Assembly (NCBI GenBank): GCA_964347045.1
Contig: CAYFXC010000005.1
Span: 32,068 to 96,067 of the forward strand
Direction: 5' to 3'
From: an uncultured archaeon
GTDB lineage: Archaea > Asgardarchaeota > Hermodarchaeia > Hermodarchaeales > Hermodarchaeaceae
Length of the DNA stretch: 64,000 nt
Shown: positions 35,697 through 46,200 of the stretch, piece after piece
Layout of the letters: each line of letters begins with the position of its first letter
Position numbering within the stretch: position 1 is the stretch's first letter
Program-made: the position numbers and the translations under genes
The notes under the pieces: model-generated
Told to the model about the DNA's origin: nothing
Databases searched by the model: none
The model's input: only the letters and a program-made list of their open reading frames with translations

Positions 35697-36701
35697 TCAA
35701 TCATCGATTTGTAAATGAGGGTAATTTGGGTCTAATTCGAGGACTCGATTAAAGCAAATCTGAGCTTCTTCTTGACGTTTTAATTCAAGGAGGATGCGAC
35801 CTCTCAGATATATTCCATTAACGTAGTTGGGTGTTTTTTCAAGGAGCCTGTCTACCACGTCAAGGGCGTCTTCGAATCGTTGGAGTTTACGAGCTAATGT
35901 ATTGGCAAGGTTGTAAAGGGTGAGTGTATCAAGAGGATTGATTTCGATTGCTTGGTTGTATGCGTCAATGGCCTCATCGTGTTTCTCGAGCATTCCTAAT
36001 GTTACCCCTTTGTCATACCATGCCCGAGCATTCTCGGGTTCAAGGGCAATAACCCGCTTGAAAACCTTAAGCGCTTCATCTAAGCGATTCATCTTTCCAA
36101 AGAGTTCACCCATGTCGAGCCACGCTTCAATGTGATCTGGAGCAAGTTTGGTAGCTTTCTTGTAACAGATGAGTGCTTCTTTATTCTGACTTAACTGCTC
36201 ATGAAGGACTCCCCGATAATACCATGCCCTAGCGTCTCCTGGATTAACAGTCACTGTTTCAATAAAACAATCAAGTGCTTCTTCAAAGCGTTCCAAATCA
36301 GCTAAAATGACTCCTCGGTTGTACCATGCGTTAGCATAATCAAGGCGATTTGATGTACGCGTTCGAGTAGCTTTAATAAAGCTCTGCAAAGCGTCTTCCC
36401 TTCTATTCAGTTCTTGATAGGCGGTACCTAGATTATTCCATGCTTCAGTGTAATTGGAATCAAGTTCTGTGGCTCGTTGATAGCAATCTAAAGCTTCATT
36501 GATTCGTCCCAGCTCATCAAGTACTAATCCCTTGTTAAACCAACCAGTGGCATCTTGTGGTCGAAGTTCAGTTGTTGAGGAAAAAGCCTCCAGGGCTTCT
36601 TCTAATTTTCCATCCTCTGCCAGAGATATACCCAAATTGAACAAGTCTTCAGCTGTCATTTTGGATATTTCGCGTTTCTTCTGTGACACAGGCTCACCCA
36701 A
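35697..36701 (-). CDS. Tetratricopeptide-repeat protein (about 9 TPRs)
   Basis: Repeated 34-aa units with the W-N-G-Y-A-F-A-P pattern (AWYNRGV.L..L.R.EEAL.CF...V..NP). Confidence 0.85.
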   Translation of the reverse strand: MGEPVSQKKREISKMTAEDLFNLGISLAEDGKLEEALEAFSSTTELRPQDATGWFNKGLVLDELGRINEALDCYQRATELDSNYTEAWNNLGTAYQELNRREDALQSFIKATRTRTSNRLDYANAWYNRGVILADLERFEEALDCFIETVTVNPGDARAWYYRGVLHEQLSQNKEALICYKKATKLAPDHIEAWLDMGELFGKMNRLDEALKVFKRVIALEPENARAWYDKGVTLGMLEKHDEAIDAYNQAIEINPLDTLTLYNLANTLARKLQRFEDALDVVDRLLEKTPNYVNGIYLRGRILLELKRQEEAQICFNRVLELDPNYPHLQIDD

Positions 36702-37095
36702 TTTGTTGAAACACTCGCATCATCAATTGTCCCAATGGGACAGATTCATGTCCTGCTCCAATTATAATAAGCTCCCACTTTTTCATTAAATCACGAAAGT
36801 TGGCCTGTCCCGTGAAGAGGCTCATTAGTGTCTTGGTTGTTGCTTTATAAATCACTTCAGGGGATGGATAGCTCCCATTCTTTAATTCCATAGTGCCCTG
36901 TCGATGTAATATTATGTGAAACGTTCCTCTGTCGGTTTCAAGCTGTAGAACCTTCCCTTGATATGGACCAACCCAGTTCCGGATGAAATCATGGTATTCT
37001 GGTGTTGAATTTACTTTTGTAATTAATTGCTCAAAGATCTGAATTAGCTGATTTGTCACAAACTTCACCCACGATTTCACTTTTTCTCTAGCCAC
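36694..37095 (-). CDS. SCP2 (sterol-carrier)-like domain protein
   Basis: The pattern GKVLQLETDRGTFHIIL...ELKNG....PEVIYKATTKTLMSLFTGQ.NF..LM......IIG resembles the SCP2 fold signature. The stop overlaps the TPR gene start by 8 nt. Confidence 0.4.
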   Translation of the reverse strand: MAREKVKSWVKFVTNQLIQIFEQLITKVNSTPEYHDFIRNWVGPYQGKVLQLETDRGTFHIILHRQGTMELKNGSYPSPEVIYKATTKTLMSLFTGQANFRDLMKKWELIIIGAGHESVPLGQLMMRVFQQIG

Positions 37096-37385
37096 GCTTC
37101 TAACGCTTCTACTACCACTTCATTGACATATCGTGCTCGAATGTCGCCTTTTCGCTCTCTTACCTTTTCTAGAAATTTCTGATACATCTGTTGCTCCATT
37201 AATACAACAACACGTCCTTTTCGATTATTAACTAAAGCTTCAGCAATGTATTTGTTCTGACGGATTGTTAAAGTCTCAATATCATTTAACCGTAAATTTG
37301 GATAACCTGGCCATTGCCCATCAGAGGCTTTCTTATATCTTGGCATTTTGATTTCCTCCTTAGGGTGCTCCTCTGTTTCCTTCAT
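37077..37385 (-). CDS. Small protein with C-terminal ribbon-helix-helix-like segment (102 aa; may start at Met14, 37346)
   Basis: VVVLMEQQMYQKFLEKV...RARYVNEVVVEALEAWL fits a beta-alpha-alpha RHH pattern. It overlaps the downstream SCP2-like gene by 19 nt. Confidence 0.35.
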   Translation of the reverse strand: MKETEEHPKEEIKMPRYKKASDGQWPGYPNLRLNDIETLTIRQNKYIAEALVNNRKGRVVVLMEQQMYQKFLEKVRERKGDIRARYVNEVVVEALEAWLEKK

Positions 37386-37725
37386 CGATTGATTGGTCTC
37401 CTGGGATTTTCACAAGCCCTGGTTGAAAAGGCCAATCAACAACATATCGCATACCCTTTTTCCCATTCTTATCACCCCGTCTCCATGTGCCAACATAGAT
37501 ACCACTCCCATAAACGCGTACATATTCAGATAAGATTAAGATTGCAGCGGCTTCAGGGCTGATATTTGCTTCCTTGGCTTTCTCAACTAGTCCATTGTGA
37601 ATTTCTTCGGGCAGATCTAGTTTCAAATTTCCGTTCACCACTTCATTTGGATTTTTTTTTCTTTGGTTGCTTCTTTTGATTTCGAAATGCAATTCGTCTG
37701 TAGGGAACACCCCATCGTTCTGCAT
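37360..37725 (-). CDS. Small protein with N-terminal ribbon-helix-helix-like segment (true start probably GTG near 37636)
   Basis: LKLDLPEEIHNGLVEKAKEANISPEAAAILILSEYV fits an RHH pattern. The track start would overlap the nitroreductase 3' end by 83 nt. Confidence 0.3.
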   Translation of the reverse strand: MQNDGVFPTDELHFEIKRSNQRKKNPNEVVNGNLKLDLPEEIHNGLVEKAKEANISPEAAAILILSEYVRVYGSGIYVGTWRRGDKNGKKGMRYVVDWPFQPGLVKIPGDQSIDEGNRGAP

Positions 37726-38431
37726 AAAAGCTCCCTTCTAGAGGCCACCGTGAGGGACCTAACATGCGTGGCTGTTCAGGGATGCCTATACAAAATGCTG
37801 CGATTGGTGTCCATGTTCGAGGAATGCCCACTTTGTCACAGATTAATTCAACGTGCCGTTTATCCGCAAAGGGGACTGCCTGATAGGCACACGCGTAACC
37901 CATCGAATGGGCAACCAACCACATATTCATGACGCCCATGGCGACAACAACGCTTCCACAGAGTTCATTAGGATACATGGCAGTGCTATCATGCCAGGTT
38001 TCAGAGGCACAGCAGATAATTACCGCATCTGCTTTCTCAGGATACCTGAAAAGTGAGCCATCCCGCATTTCTTCATACGTGCCTGGACGACTAGCATCGG
38101 GTAAATACCACAAACGACCTTGTGTCGCTTCATAGGGGAAATTCCCGAACACGTATCTAGCTGCCTCCTGACTAATATCGGCGATGATTCGTTTCATTTC
38201 CATATCATCTCGAATTAGAACATAGCGCCACATTTGCATATTCTCTGGTGATGGTGCATATCGGGCGGCATCTAAAATTAGTTCTAAATCTTCGTCGGGA
38301 ATTCTTTCTCCAGTCATATGCCGAATGCTTCGTCGCATCCGTATCAGCTCAACAAGTTGTTGTGTCGATTGTGTAAGACCACTAGATTCAACTTTGGCGG
38401 TTGTTGAACTTTTTCGTTTAACTTCTGTCAT
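37643..38431 (-). CDS. Nitroreductase-family flavoprotein
   Basis: RRSIRHMTGERIPDEDLELILDAARYAPSPENMQMWRYVLI is the classical nitroreductase N-terminal motif. The protein has a Lys-rich C-terminal tail. Confidence 0.85.
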   Translation of the reverse strand: MTEVKRKSSTTAKVESSGLTQSTQQLVELIRMRRSIRHMTGERIPDEDLELILDAARYAPSPENMQMWRYVLIRDDMEMKRIIADISQEAARYVFGNFPYEATQGRLWYLPDASRPGTYEEMRDGSLFRYPEKADAVIICCASETWHDSTAMYPNELCGSVVVAMGVMNMWLVAHSMGYACAYQAVPFADKRHVELICDKVGIPRTWTPIAAFCIGIPEQPRMLGPSRWPLEGSFYAERWGVPYRRIAFRNQKKQPKKKKSK

Positions 38432-38549
38432 TTGTTGAACACCTTTTCTCTTGTATCGGTTTGTATTCTAATGATATTAAATGATAGCTCCACTCTCAAA
38501 GAAGAGAATTTCATAGTTTAATTGGGAGAAAAAACATCAATTCATATCG

Positions 38550-39287
38550 CTAGGAAGACCGGATATGCATATTCAATTCTTCTAATTTCGCAACAACGGT
38601 TGCCACAGTATCTGGCGGTAAATCTGAAGGGCTGGATTTCAGGAGAGCGATAAGCTCCTTGTATACACTGGCAGCTTTTGCTCGGCTACTTAGATTATTC
38701 ATTGCAGTATCACGAGCCTGTTCAATAAGTGGCTTCAGATATTCTCGTTGAACCTTTTGTCGGTTTTTCAAATCGTTAATGATAGTTTCGTTAGCTTCGA
38801 TAACAATAGCAATTTTAGTGTCTGGGATATCAGAGGGACGATGTTGTGCTGGTGCGAGTGCTGGAGCTGGGGTTGAGATAGGAGCTGAAGTAGGTGCAGG
38901 CGCTGGTGCAGGTTTGGGGGCAGGAGCGGGTGCTGGTGTGGGGGCTGGTGAGGCTATTTTTATTTGGGGAATTATTTGTTCGGTCATTGCAGATTGAATA
39001 GCTTTGTCTATCACTTCAGCCAATGTAGTTTCAATGGGAGCTAGTCCATCTGCAACGGCTTTTCCTGTCGCTGTCATAACATTACCCACAGCCTTATCTA
39101 GGGCATCAATGCGTTTCTCAATATTGATCAATTGCACTGCTAATTTCTTCTGTGCTTCATTCAAGTGGCTGATATAGGAAATGATTTTCTTCAACTCTGC
39201 CTCAATTCCACCTTTCGCCGCGGGTTTTGCCGCTGTTGCTTGTGCAGGAGTGGGTGCAGGTTGGGCTGCTTGTGGATCCCTAGACAT
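38550..39287 (-). CDS. Hypothetical coiled-coil protein with central Pro/Ala-rich linker
   Basis: The ORF has two helical halves separated by SPAPTPAPAPAPKPAPAPAPTSAPISTPAPALAPA. No family is recognised. Confidence 0.5.
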   Translation of the reverse strand: MSRDPQAAQPAPTPAQATAAKPAAKGGIEAELKKIISYISHLNEAQKKLAVQLINIEKRIDALDKAVGNVMTATGKAVADGLAPIETTLAEVIDKAIQSAMTEQIIPQIKIASPAPTPAPAPAPKPAPAPAPTSAPISTPAPALAPAQHRPSDIPDTKIAIVIEANETIINDLKNRQKVQREYLKPLIEQARDTAMNNLSSRAKAASVYKELIALLKSSPSDLPPDTVATVVAKLEELNMHIRSS

Positions 39288-39417
39288 CTGATATCAATCT
39301 CCATAAACTCCTAATAAATAGAAGTAGGTTGCAAAGAGTATAACCCTTCCGTTCTCATCTGTTCCGTAGATTCCAGATAAATGTTTAGCTCAATTTCTGG
39401 AAAAAGTCGGGTTGAAA

Positions 39418-39876
39418 TCAGGTTCTTTGAAGAATTTCCACATTCACTGGTATCCCTTGTCGAACAGATGCAGTAACAATGCAGTAATTCTCGAAAATAT
39501 CTACGCATCGCTGAAACCGTTTCGGATCCTCCTCAATGGTTTTAATGTAAATCTTAGCATCCAAATGAGGAATCCGCCAACGACCCTCTTCATTCCGTGC
39601 AGTCGTTGGTGTTACCTCGATGCGAATCGACTCAACCATCAATTTGCTTCTCTGTAAACAAAACATCAAACTTGCTGAGAGACAATTTCCAATTGCGACT
39701 GCAAGTACACGTGTTGCATTGGGACCCTTATCCTGACCCAATGGTGGCGGTTCATCTAAGGTCCACTCAGAAAACTCAGGTTTATCAAAACGAACCCGAA
39801 ACTCATAATTTTCCACACGTTCAAGGATAATCGAATAGCTCCGTGGCTTTTCTTTGTCTGACATACAAGGCACCAA
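39418..39876 (-). CDS. OsmC/Ohr-family peroxiredoxin-like protein
   Basis: GPNATRVLAVAIGNCLSASL (first Cys motif) and NYCIVTASV (second Cys), at a size typical of the family. Confidence 0.8.
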   Translation of the reverse strand: MVPCMSDKEKPRSYSIILERVENYEFRVRFDKPEFSEWTLDEPPPLGQDKGPNATRVLAVAIGNCLSASLMFCLQRSKLMVESIRIEVTPTTARNEEGRWRIPHLDAKIYIKTIEEDPKRFQRCVDIFENYCIVTASVRQGIPVNVEILQRT

Positions 39877-39953
39877 CCATGGGTATTCACTACTGAGCTA
39901 TATAGCATTTAATATAGTAAGGCAGGATTTGCAAATCTTTTGTTTCTATGGTT

Positions 39954-41633
39954 CTATTCACGATTGAAAATAGATTTCAAACCCATTTTTTCCAGTTGTT
40001 CCTCTTGGAGCACCCGACGGAGAACCTTCCCTATCATCGATTTGGGTAAGTCGTCTCGGAATTCTACAAATTGAGGTCGTTTGTAGTAGGCGAGTTTATC
40101 TTTGGTATATTCAATGATTTCCTCGGAAGTAGCTTCTTCGCCTTCTTTCAGAACGACTATTGCCATCACAGTTTCCCCGCGCTGTTCATCTGGAATACCA
40201 AATACGGCCGCTTCTGTGATCTTTGGGTGGTCATAGAGAACTTCTTCAACATCACGTGGCCACACTTTGAAACCAGCGCGGTCAATCATTTGCTTTGCCC
40301 GATCAACAATATAGAAGTAACCGTCTTCATCCATTTTGGCGATATCACCGGTACGCAACCATCCGTCTTCCATTAATTGTTTATCAGTTTCTTCGGGTTT
40401 GTTCCAATAGCCTTGCATGACCTGAGGACCCTTAATGACAAGTTCGCCCTCTTGTCCAGGTGGCAAGTCTTCGCCAGTATCGAGGTCAATGATTTTTGCT
40501 AATGTGCTTGGCATCGGGATACCAACGGAACCTTCGCGTTTCTTGTCAAAGGGGGGTTTTTCTTGGATGGGGTTGGCATGGGTAACTGGGCTTGCTTCCG
40601 TCAATCCATACCCTTCAACGATGTTTGCACTTGCAATATCTTCGAAAGCTTTTGCAACAGCCATGGGAAGAGGAGCGGCTCCTGATAGACAAGCTGTGAC
40701 AGAACTCAAATCGTATTGATCAAGATCATCTCGTTGTAGGAGTGATGCATAAAGCGATGGGACACCCGGGAAGAATGCCACTTTGTGACGAGGGATATCC
40801 AGCAAGATTTGATCCAGGTTGGGACGAATGTGCAATACTAGTTTTCCACCAAGTAAGACAGTAATTAACATACCGACAGTAAGTCCAAAGGAGTGGAAAA
40901 AGGGTAATACCGCGAGGGTTCCTGCATTGTCTCCATGTTTTGCAAAGGGAATCCAATTTCGGCATTGATATGCATTGGCAACAAGATTGTAATGGGTAAG
41001 AATAGCTCCTTTTGGAACGCCGGTCGTTCCACCAGTATAAAGTAAAACTGCTGGAGTGTCTTTTGGTTTTACTGAAATCTTCTGTGGTTTCGGTTCATAC
41101 TTTTCAAGGAGTTCACCCCACATGTGATATCCCTCAACATCAGGCGGTGTAAAACTGACACGCATACCAGGAAATGAATCTGCCAACGTGGTAACGATAG
41201 TGGTTTTGACCTTGGTATTATCCCTGATTTTTTCATAGTTCTCATGCATGATGTCAACAAGGATAATCGCTTTCGCACCAGCATCATTGAGTTGAAACTT
41301 AATTTCTGGTGCTTGATAAAGTGGGTTAATGAGTGTGAGAATCGCTCCGGCTTTCAGTCCACCAAAGAATGCGACTAGGAATTGGGGCATGTTTCCTAAC
41401 ATAATTCCAACCACGTCACCTTGCTTGATGCCTAGTTTGTTCAAGGCATTAGCCAGGCGATCTGCTTCTTCGTTAATCTGTTTGTAAGATTTTTCAATTC
41501 CCATGAACGCGGTTAAGGTGTTATCCGGGAAATCCTTCGCAGTTTTTTCGAGGAGTTGATACAGGGGGATTTCAGGGATCTCGATGGTTTCGGGAACATC
41601 GGGTTCATAAAATTTCAACCAGGGTTTTTCCAT
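39954..41633 (-). CDS. Long/medium-chain fatty-acid--CoA ligase (AMP-forming, ANL superfamily)
   Basis: AMP-binding motif LLYTGGTTGVPKGAILTH, plus EGYGLTE, GWLRTGD and RAKQMI..AGFKV.P.EVE. Confidence 0.9.
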   Translation of the reverse strand: MEKPWLKFYEPDVPETIEIPEIPLYQLLEKTAKDFPDNTLTAFMGIEKSYKQINEEADRLANALNKLGIKQGDVVGIMLGNMPQFLVAFFGGLKAGAILTLINPLYQAPEIKFQLNDAGAKAIILVDIMHENYEKIRDNTKVKTTIVTTLADSFPGMRVSFTPPDVEGYHMWGELLEKYEPKPQKISVKPKDTPAVLLYTGGTTGVPKGAILTHYNLVANAYQCRNWIPFAKHGDNAGTLAVLPFFHSFGLTVGMLITVLLGGKLVLHIRPNLDQILLDIPRHKVAFFPGVPSLYASLLQRDDLDQYDLSSVTACLSGAAPLPMAVAKAFEDIASANIVEGYGLTEASPVTHANPIQEKPPFDKKREGSVGIPMPSTLAKIIDLDTGEDLPPGQEGELVIKGPQVMQGYWNKPEETDKQLMEDGWLRTGDIAKMDEDGYFYIVDRAKQMIDRAGFKVWPRDVEEVLYDHPKITEAAVFGIPDEQRGETVMAIVVLKEGEEATSEEIIEYTKDKLAYYKRPQFVEFRDDLPKSMIGKVLRRVLQEEQLEKMGLKSIFNRE

Positions 41634-41885
41634 TGTACCTTGTCCTTCCTAAACAGAATAGCACTAATATGGCATTTATTAAAGGAAAAGGCTTGCCATT
41701 ATCATGCATAATAATGAATTTGACTTTCAAACGATCAGATCGAAATAACTGCTTTAAGAAAATAATCAAAAAAATAAAATCTTCCTAGGAAATCTCGATA
41801 GTCTTGATTGCTCAGAGTCTAGTTACTGACACTTAAAAGTCACCTTGGCAATGAATAACTTGGATTCTGGCGAGGATGCACATGA

Positions 41886-43061
41886 ATGGATATTGCTGAC
41901 TTACGGCACCATATCGCAGATTATTTGGACTGTGTTCGAGAGTTCAATCAAAGTGTTGTATTAATTGATACTGGTGTTTTTCATCCTGCAGACTATCATG
42001 ATCTAATCACACATCCTGAAGCGGTGTTAAATATAGAGAATCAATTTGTCAGTGAGCTCGTTCATCTTCTCAACGAATTAGATCGAGCTCTTCGTCATGC
42101 ACGGGATTGGCGCCTTCATCTTGAGGATTTGACGCGAAATCTGTATTTTTCACCATTAGAGCAAACAACACTCTTTGAACGGAAACAGAAGGCAATACAC
42201 ATTCTCTCCCAAGATGAAATCAAGGCACGAATCAAATCTCAGACTGATGGCTTAGGATATCTGCGGTGGGTTGTTGCGGATACTGGTGGCGAACTTGAGC
42301 GGTTACTAATTGATATGCGGAATCTTGGTGTCACGGATCATGGATTTCGGAATCTATTTGCGAAGTATCAATCACCAGAATTAATTCGCTGGGAAAAAGC
42401 ACTCGATGCATGGTTAGATCTAGATATTGAAGCTCTAATATCCGCTTTACAAGGCTTCCTCGACGATGCAAGTAGTGGTCTATTCGATCAGGCAATCCAT
42501 GCCCTTGCAAGTTATATTGATGTGATTGTAAATCTCCTTGCGCAATTTTCAACCTTCAGTGGCAATTTTGCATTCCTTTCACTGGAATGGGTGTCTAAAG
42601 TTCAAATCCAATTTGACCTATTGACCGAAGCCAGCGTAGCATTGCATGAACTTCTGTTGCAACGAACACAAATGGGAATGCTTTATGTTGACCATGAAAG
42701 AGCCATTCTTCATGCAATTCTACCATCCGAAATTGACGTCAATGATTGGTATGCTATGTTCGCTACGAATCCTACAAAATCCGCACACGAGCTTTTACCC
42801 ACCGAAATTCGCGTCGATGCCTTGTCCTATGCCATTCGTCAATCGGAAAATGCCCTAGTGTCGATGGATGATCAGGTGCAAATTGGTGGATATTTACTTA
42901 AATCTGTAGAAGTACTACCCGAATTGTTGAAATCCCCGGTAGTCGCGAAATTTTTAGATGCTGATCGACAACGACTTGAATTATTTCGAACGGGCCGTCA
43001 TGAACTTTTGCGACGATTACGTCAATTACGACAATATGCTAACTCAATTGAGGTTACTTAG
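41886..43061 (+). CDS. Hypothetical all-helical protein (391 aa)
   Basis: Long ORF with normal composition in its own intergenic context. No motif is recognised. Confidence 0.5.
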   Translation: MDIADLRHHIADYLDCVREFNQSVVLIDTGVFHPADYHDLITHPEAVLNIENQFVSELVHLLNELDRALRHARDWRLHLEDLTRNLYFSPLEQTTLFERKQKAIHILSQDEIKARIKSQTDGLGYLRWVVADTGGELERLLIDMRNLGVTDHGFRNLFAKYQSPELIRWEKALDAWLDLDIEALISALQGFLDDASSGLFDQAIHALASYIDVIVNLLAQFSTFSGNFAFLSLEWVSKVQIQFDLLTEASVALHELLLQRTQMGMLYVDHERAILHAILPSEIDVNDWYAMFATNPTKSAHELLPTEIRVDALSYAIRQSENALVSMDDQVQIGGYLLKSVEVLPELLKSPVVAKFLDADRQRLELFRTGRHELLRRLRQLRQYANSIEVT

Positions 43062-43282
43062 TCGTATATTTCGGGAATTCCTGCCGTAATTAGGAAAATA
43101 CGCTTAATTGTGCTCTTTTTGTTCATTGGGAACTATTTGAGCCATCTAGGTAAATGATTTTAAAGCGAGATTGACCTAAAAGAGTGCTAGGCGACAACAG
43201 CGGGAGGCTTTTACGCTTTAAGTTTAGCATAAGCTTTCCAGCAAAACTCTTGGTAATAATGGCTCCTTAGGAATTTGATATT

Positions 43283-46200
43283 ATGAAACATTCTTTTACG
43301 AAATTGTGTGGAATTCCATTAATCCTTCTGCTTACATTCACTTTGTTTTTTCCTTTGATAACTCCAACTTCATTTTTGCCGTCGAATAAGGCACTGTTTT
43401 CAGTGTCCCCTCTTGATTTTCGTTCATTCGAGCCAACTGTGTCCCAACCGGCGTCTCCAGAATATCTAATTATCACGCCAAACAGTGCGTGGGTTCAATC
43501 ATTCGCGGAATGGAAAAACCTGAAAGGGGTTCCAACGCAAGTAGCTAATGTGAGTTGGATACAAGCAAACTATCCGATATCTGCCACGGTTCGGGATAAG
43601 GCTGAGCAGATTTGGACGTTCATTGAAGATGTGTATGATAATGTGTCACCTGCAACTCTTCAATGGGTTCTTCTCATTGGCGATAATACCACCATTCCCT
43701 CGCGCTATGTGTATTTACCTGATACTGCTGAATGGATTGGTCAAGATCCTAATCTGAAACCCACTGACTTCTATTACTCTGTCATGGGTGATTCAGATTG
43801 GGATGATGATAACGACGGACGTTGGGGTGAATGTGCTACCTTCAACATTGGTGGTCCAGGCTACGATGAAATTGGAGATTGGCTACCTGATCTCTATGTG
43901 GGACGAATTCCGTTCAATGATCAAAGTAACGTATCAAGCATATTGGCTAAAAGCCTGAATTATGCACGTAGCCCCACAAGCTTTTCACCAACCGGTTGGG
44001 ATTCCTTTCTCCTCGGTGGTGCTATCAGCAATTATGATGAAGAATTATGGGCTTGGTTGGATCAAGATTACACTGATGAAGCCGAGCTCAGCGACTACAT
44101 TGATGCAAACCACATTCCCGGTTACTATGATATCTACCGTTTCTATGAAGATCGGGCTTTCTTCTGGAACTATACATCTCCCAATACTTTTCAGAAATTA
44201 AATGAAACCGCCATAATCCAAGGCATCAACCAGTATTCACCAGCCCTCATTAACCTCGCAGCCCACGGCAGCCCCACCGACATTCAACGGAAGTACGATC
44301 CCTGGGGCTTTCCATATGGAAATACTTGGTCTAGCGCAACCGCTGGATGGAACACTCCAGTAACCGGTGTAGCTATTGGTGACCCCAATAATGATGGCAA
44401 CAACGAGATTGTTTACACTCTTGGTTTAGGTGGAGGTGTTGGTTTACAAAATGGTACAATCTGGCTCCGTGATGCAAACACAATGTTGGATACCTTAATT
44501 TGGGATCTCTGGACTATGCCCGTCGATGGTTTTCCGACCTTTGCAACATGCGTTGATATTGGAGACGTCTGGAACAATGGCACCATTGCAGTTGTCGTGG
44601 GAACTTGGTCCGGTTCAACAGTCATCTTTACTTACTGGATGAATACAATATGGACTGCTATCCTAGTTAGTGGTCCTGAAGTAACTGATCCTGTATTGTG
44701 CATTGAAGTCGGAAATGCTGATAATGTACTCGAACCTCATGGCTACGGAGGAAGTACTACTCCTGCCACAAATGTTGATATCGCCTGGGGTCACTTCAGT
44801 GGATGGACCTTTATTGCAACCTGTTTTGGTGCACCAGGTGTATTGAACCATGTTATTTTCGTAGCAAATGTTCTGAATATCGGACAATCCGTATACTCTA
44901 TAGATGTAGGTGATCCAGATGATGATGGGCTGGGAGAAATCACCTGTGGCACTGGTTATAAGAACGCGAGTGTACTTCAGGGTGATTGCTATCAGCTTTG
45001 GTACAACCCAGGAATCCAGTGGAATCAACTCGTAATAGAAAAATCCCTAGGTGGGTTTGTCTATGGGGTTGACACTGGAAATGCAGCGAACGATGGGTAT
45101 AACAAAGTGGTCGTCGGGGTTAGTAATGGCGCTATCTACATGTATGAATCCGGTTGTATTCCTCTTGGACAAACCGGCTTCAAAGGACCTGGTGGCACTG
45201 ATGTAGGTACTAAACAAACTGTCACTAGCTCAGGTGCGAATGCAGGTATGGTAAGATGCCTTAATATTGGCTATGTTGACGATAATGACCTTGTATCGAC
45301 CTATCCGACGCCTATTGAACAGTATTCAATTATTGCTGGAAATCAATACGGTGGTATTTGGAAATACCATGCAAACAATGTTACTGGATTTCTTGACTCC
45401 TATCATATCGCAATTGAAAACTACATGTTTGGTGTCAATGTCACTGACCTAGATGTTGGCGAACTCAGCCATGTCACGGGTGAAACAACTCCCAATGAGG
45501 AGGTCGCAGCGGGAAGTGAGGTTGGCTTAATGCCTCTTTCCTTTGTTTATTGGTTTGAGTGGCCCTGGAATCTTTGGGGGAATATGTTGAATACCACTCA
45601 GGTTAATGCATCAACAGCCAGTATCCCTGCACTCGTTTATGCTGATTCATGTCATACGGCTGGATACGATTATGCTCAAGAAGCATTAGCCGAGACCTTT
45701 ATTCGAAATATGGCTATTGGTTACATTGGCTCCATGCGAATTAGTTGGTATTATCGAGGTCCCGTGTCGAACTCCTTTACGTGGGGTCTAAATCGATATA
45801 TGTCTCAAGACTTCTGGAATCTTTTCTTCAGTGGAACGACAGGTTATCGACCGGGTGCAACACTCTATCAGAACAAAATTGATTACCAAACAACATTCGC
45901 TTCCATTGCTTCAACCTTTCCAGCAACATGGGAAACGTTTCATCGTAAGAATCTTCTCAGCTTTGCACTGTTTGGAGATCCTGAAGTTGATGTGTTCACA
46001 AATAATCCAAGGACACTTTCTGTTAACCATCCCGCAAATGCCAACTTTAATGGCGACACGCTCTTTCGTGTCATGGATGGCACTTCACCAATTGCAGGCG
46101 CCACCATCTGTTTGTGGGATAAAGACGGATCTTATTACGAAGTTCAAATCACAAACAGCTCAGGCTATGCCATTCTCCATGTAACTGCTTCGGTGCCAAA

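Noticed and set aside
38830-38960. GC-rich imperfect tandem repeat as a non-coding repeat or minisatellite
   Set aside because: It is the coding sequence (minus strand) of the Pro/Ala-rich linker of the 245-aa protein. The repeat units are imperfect and in frame.
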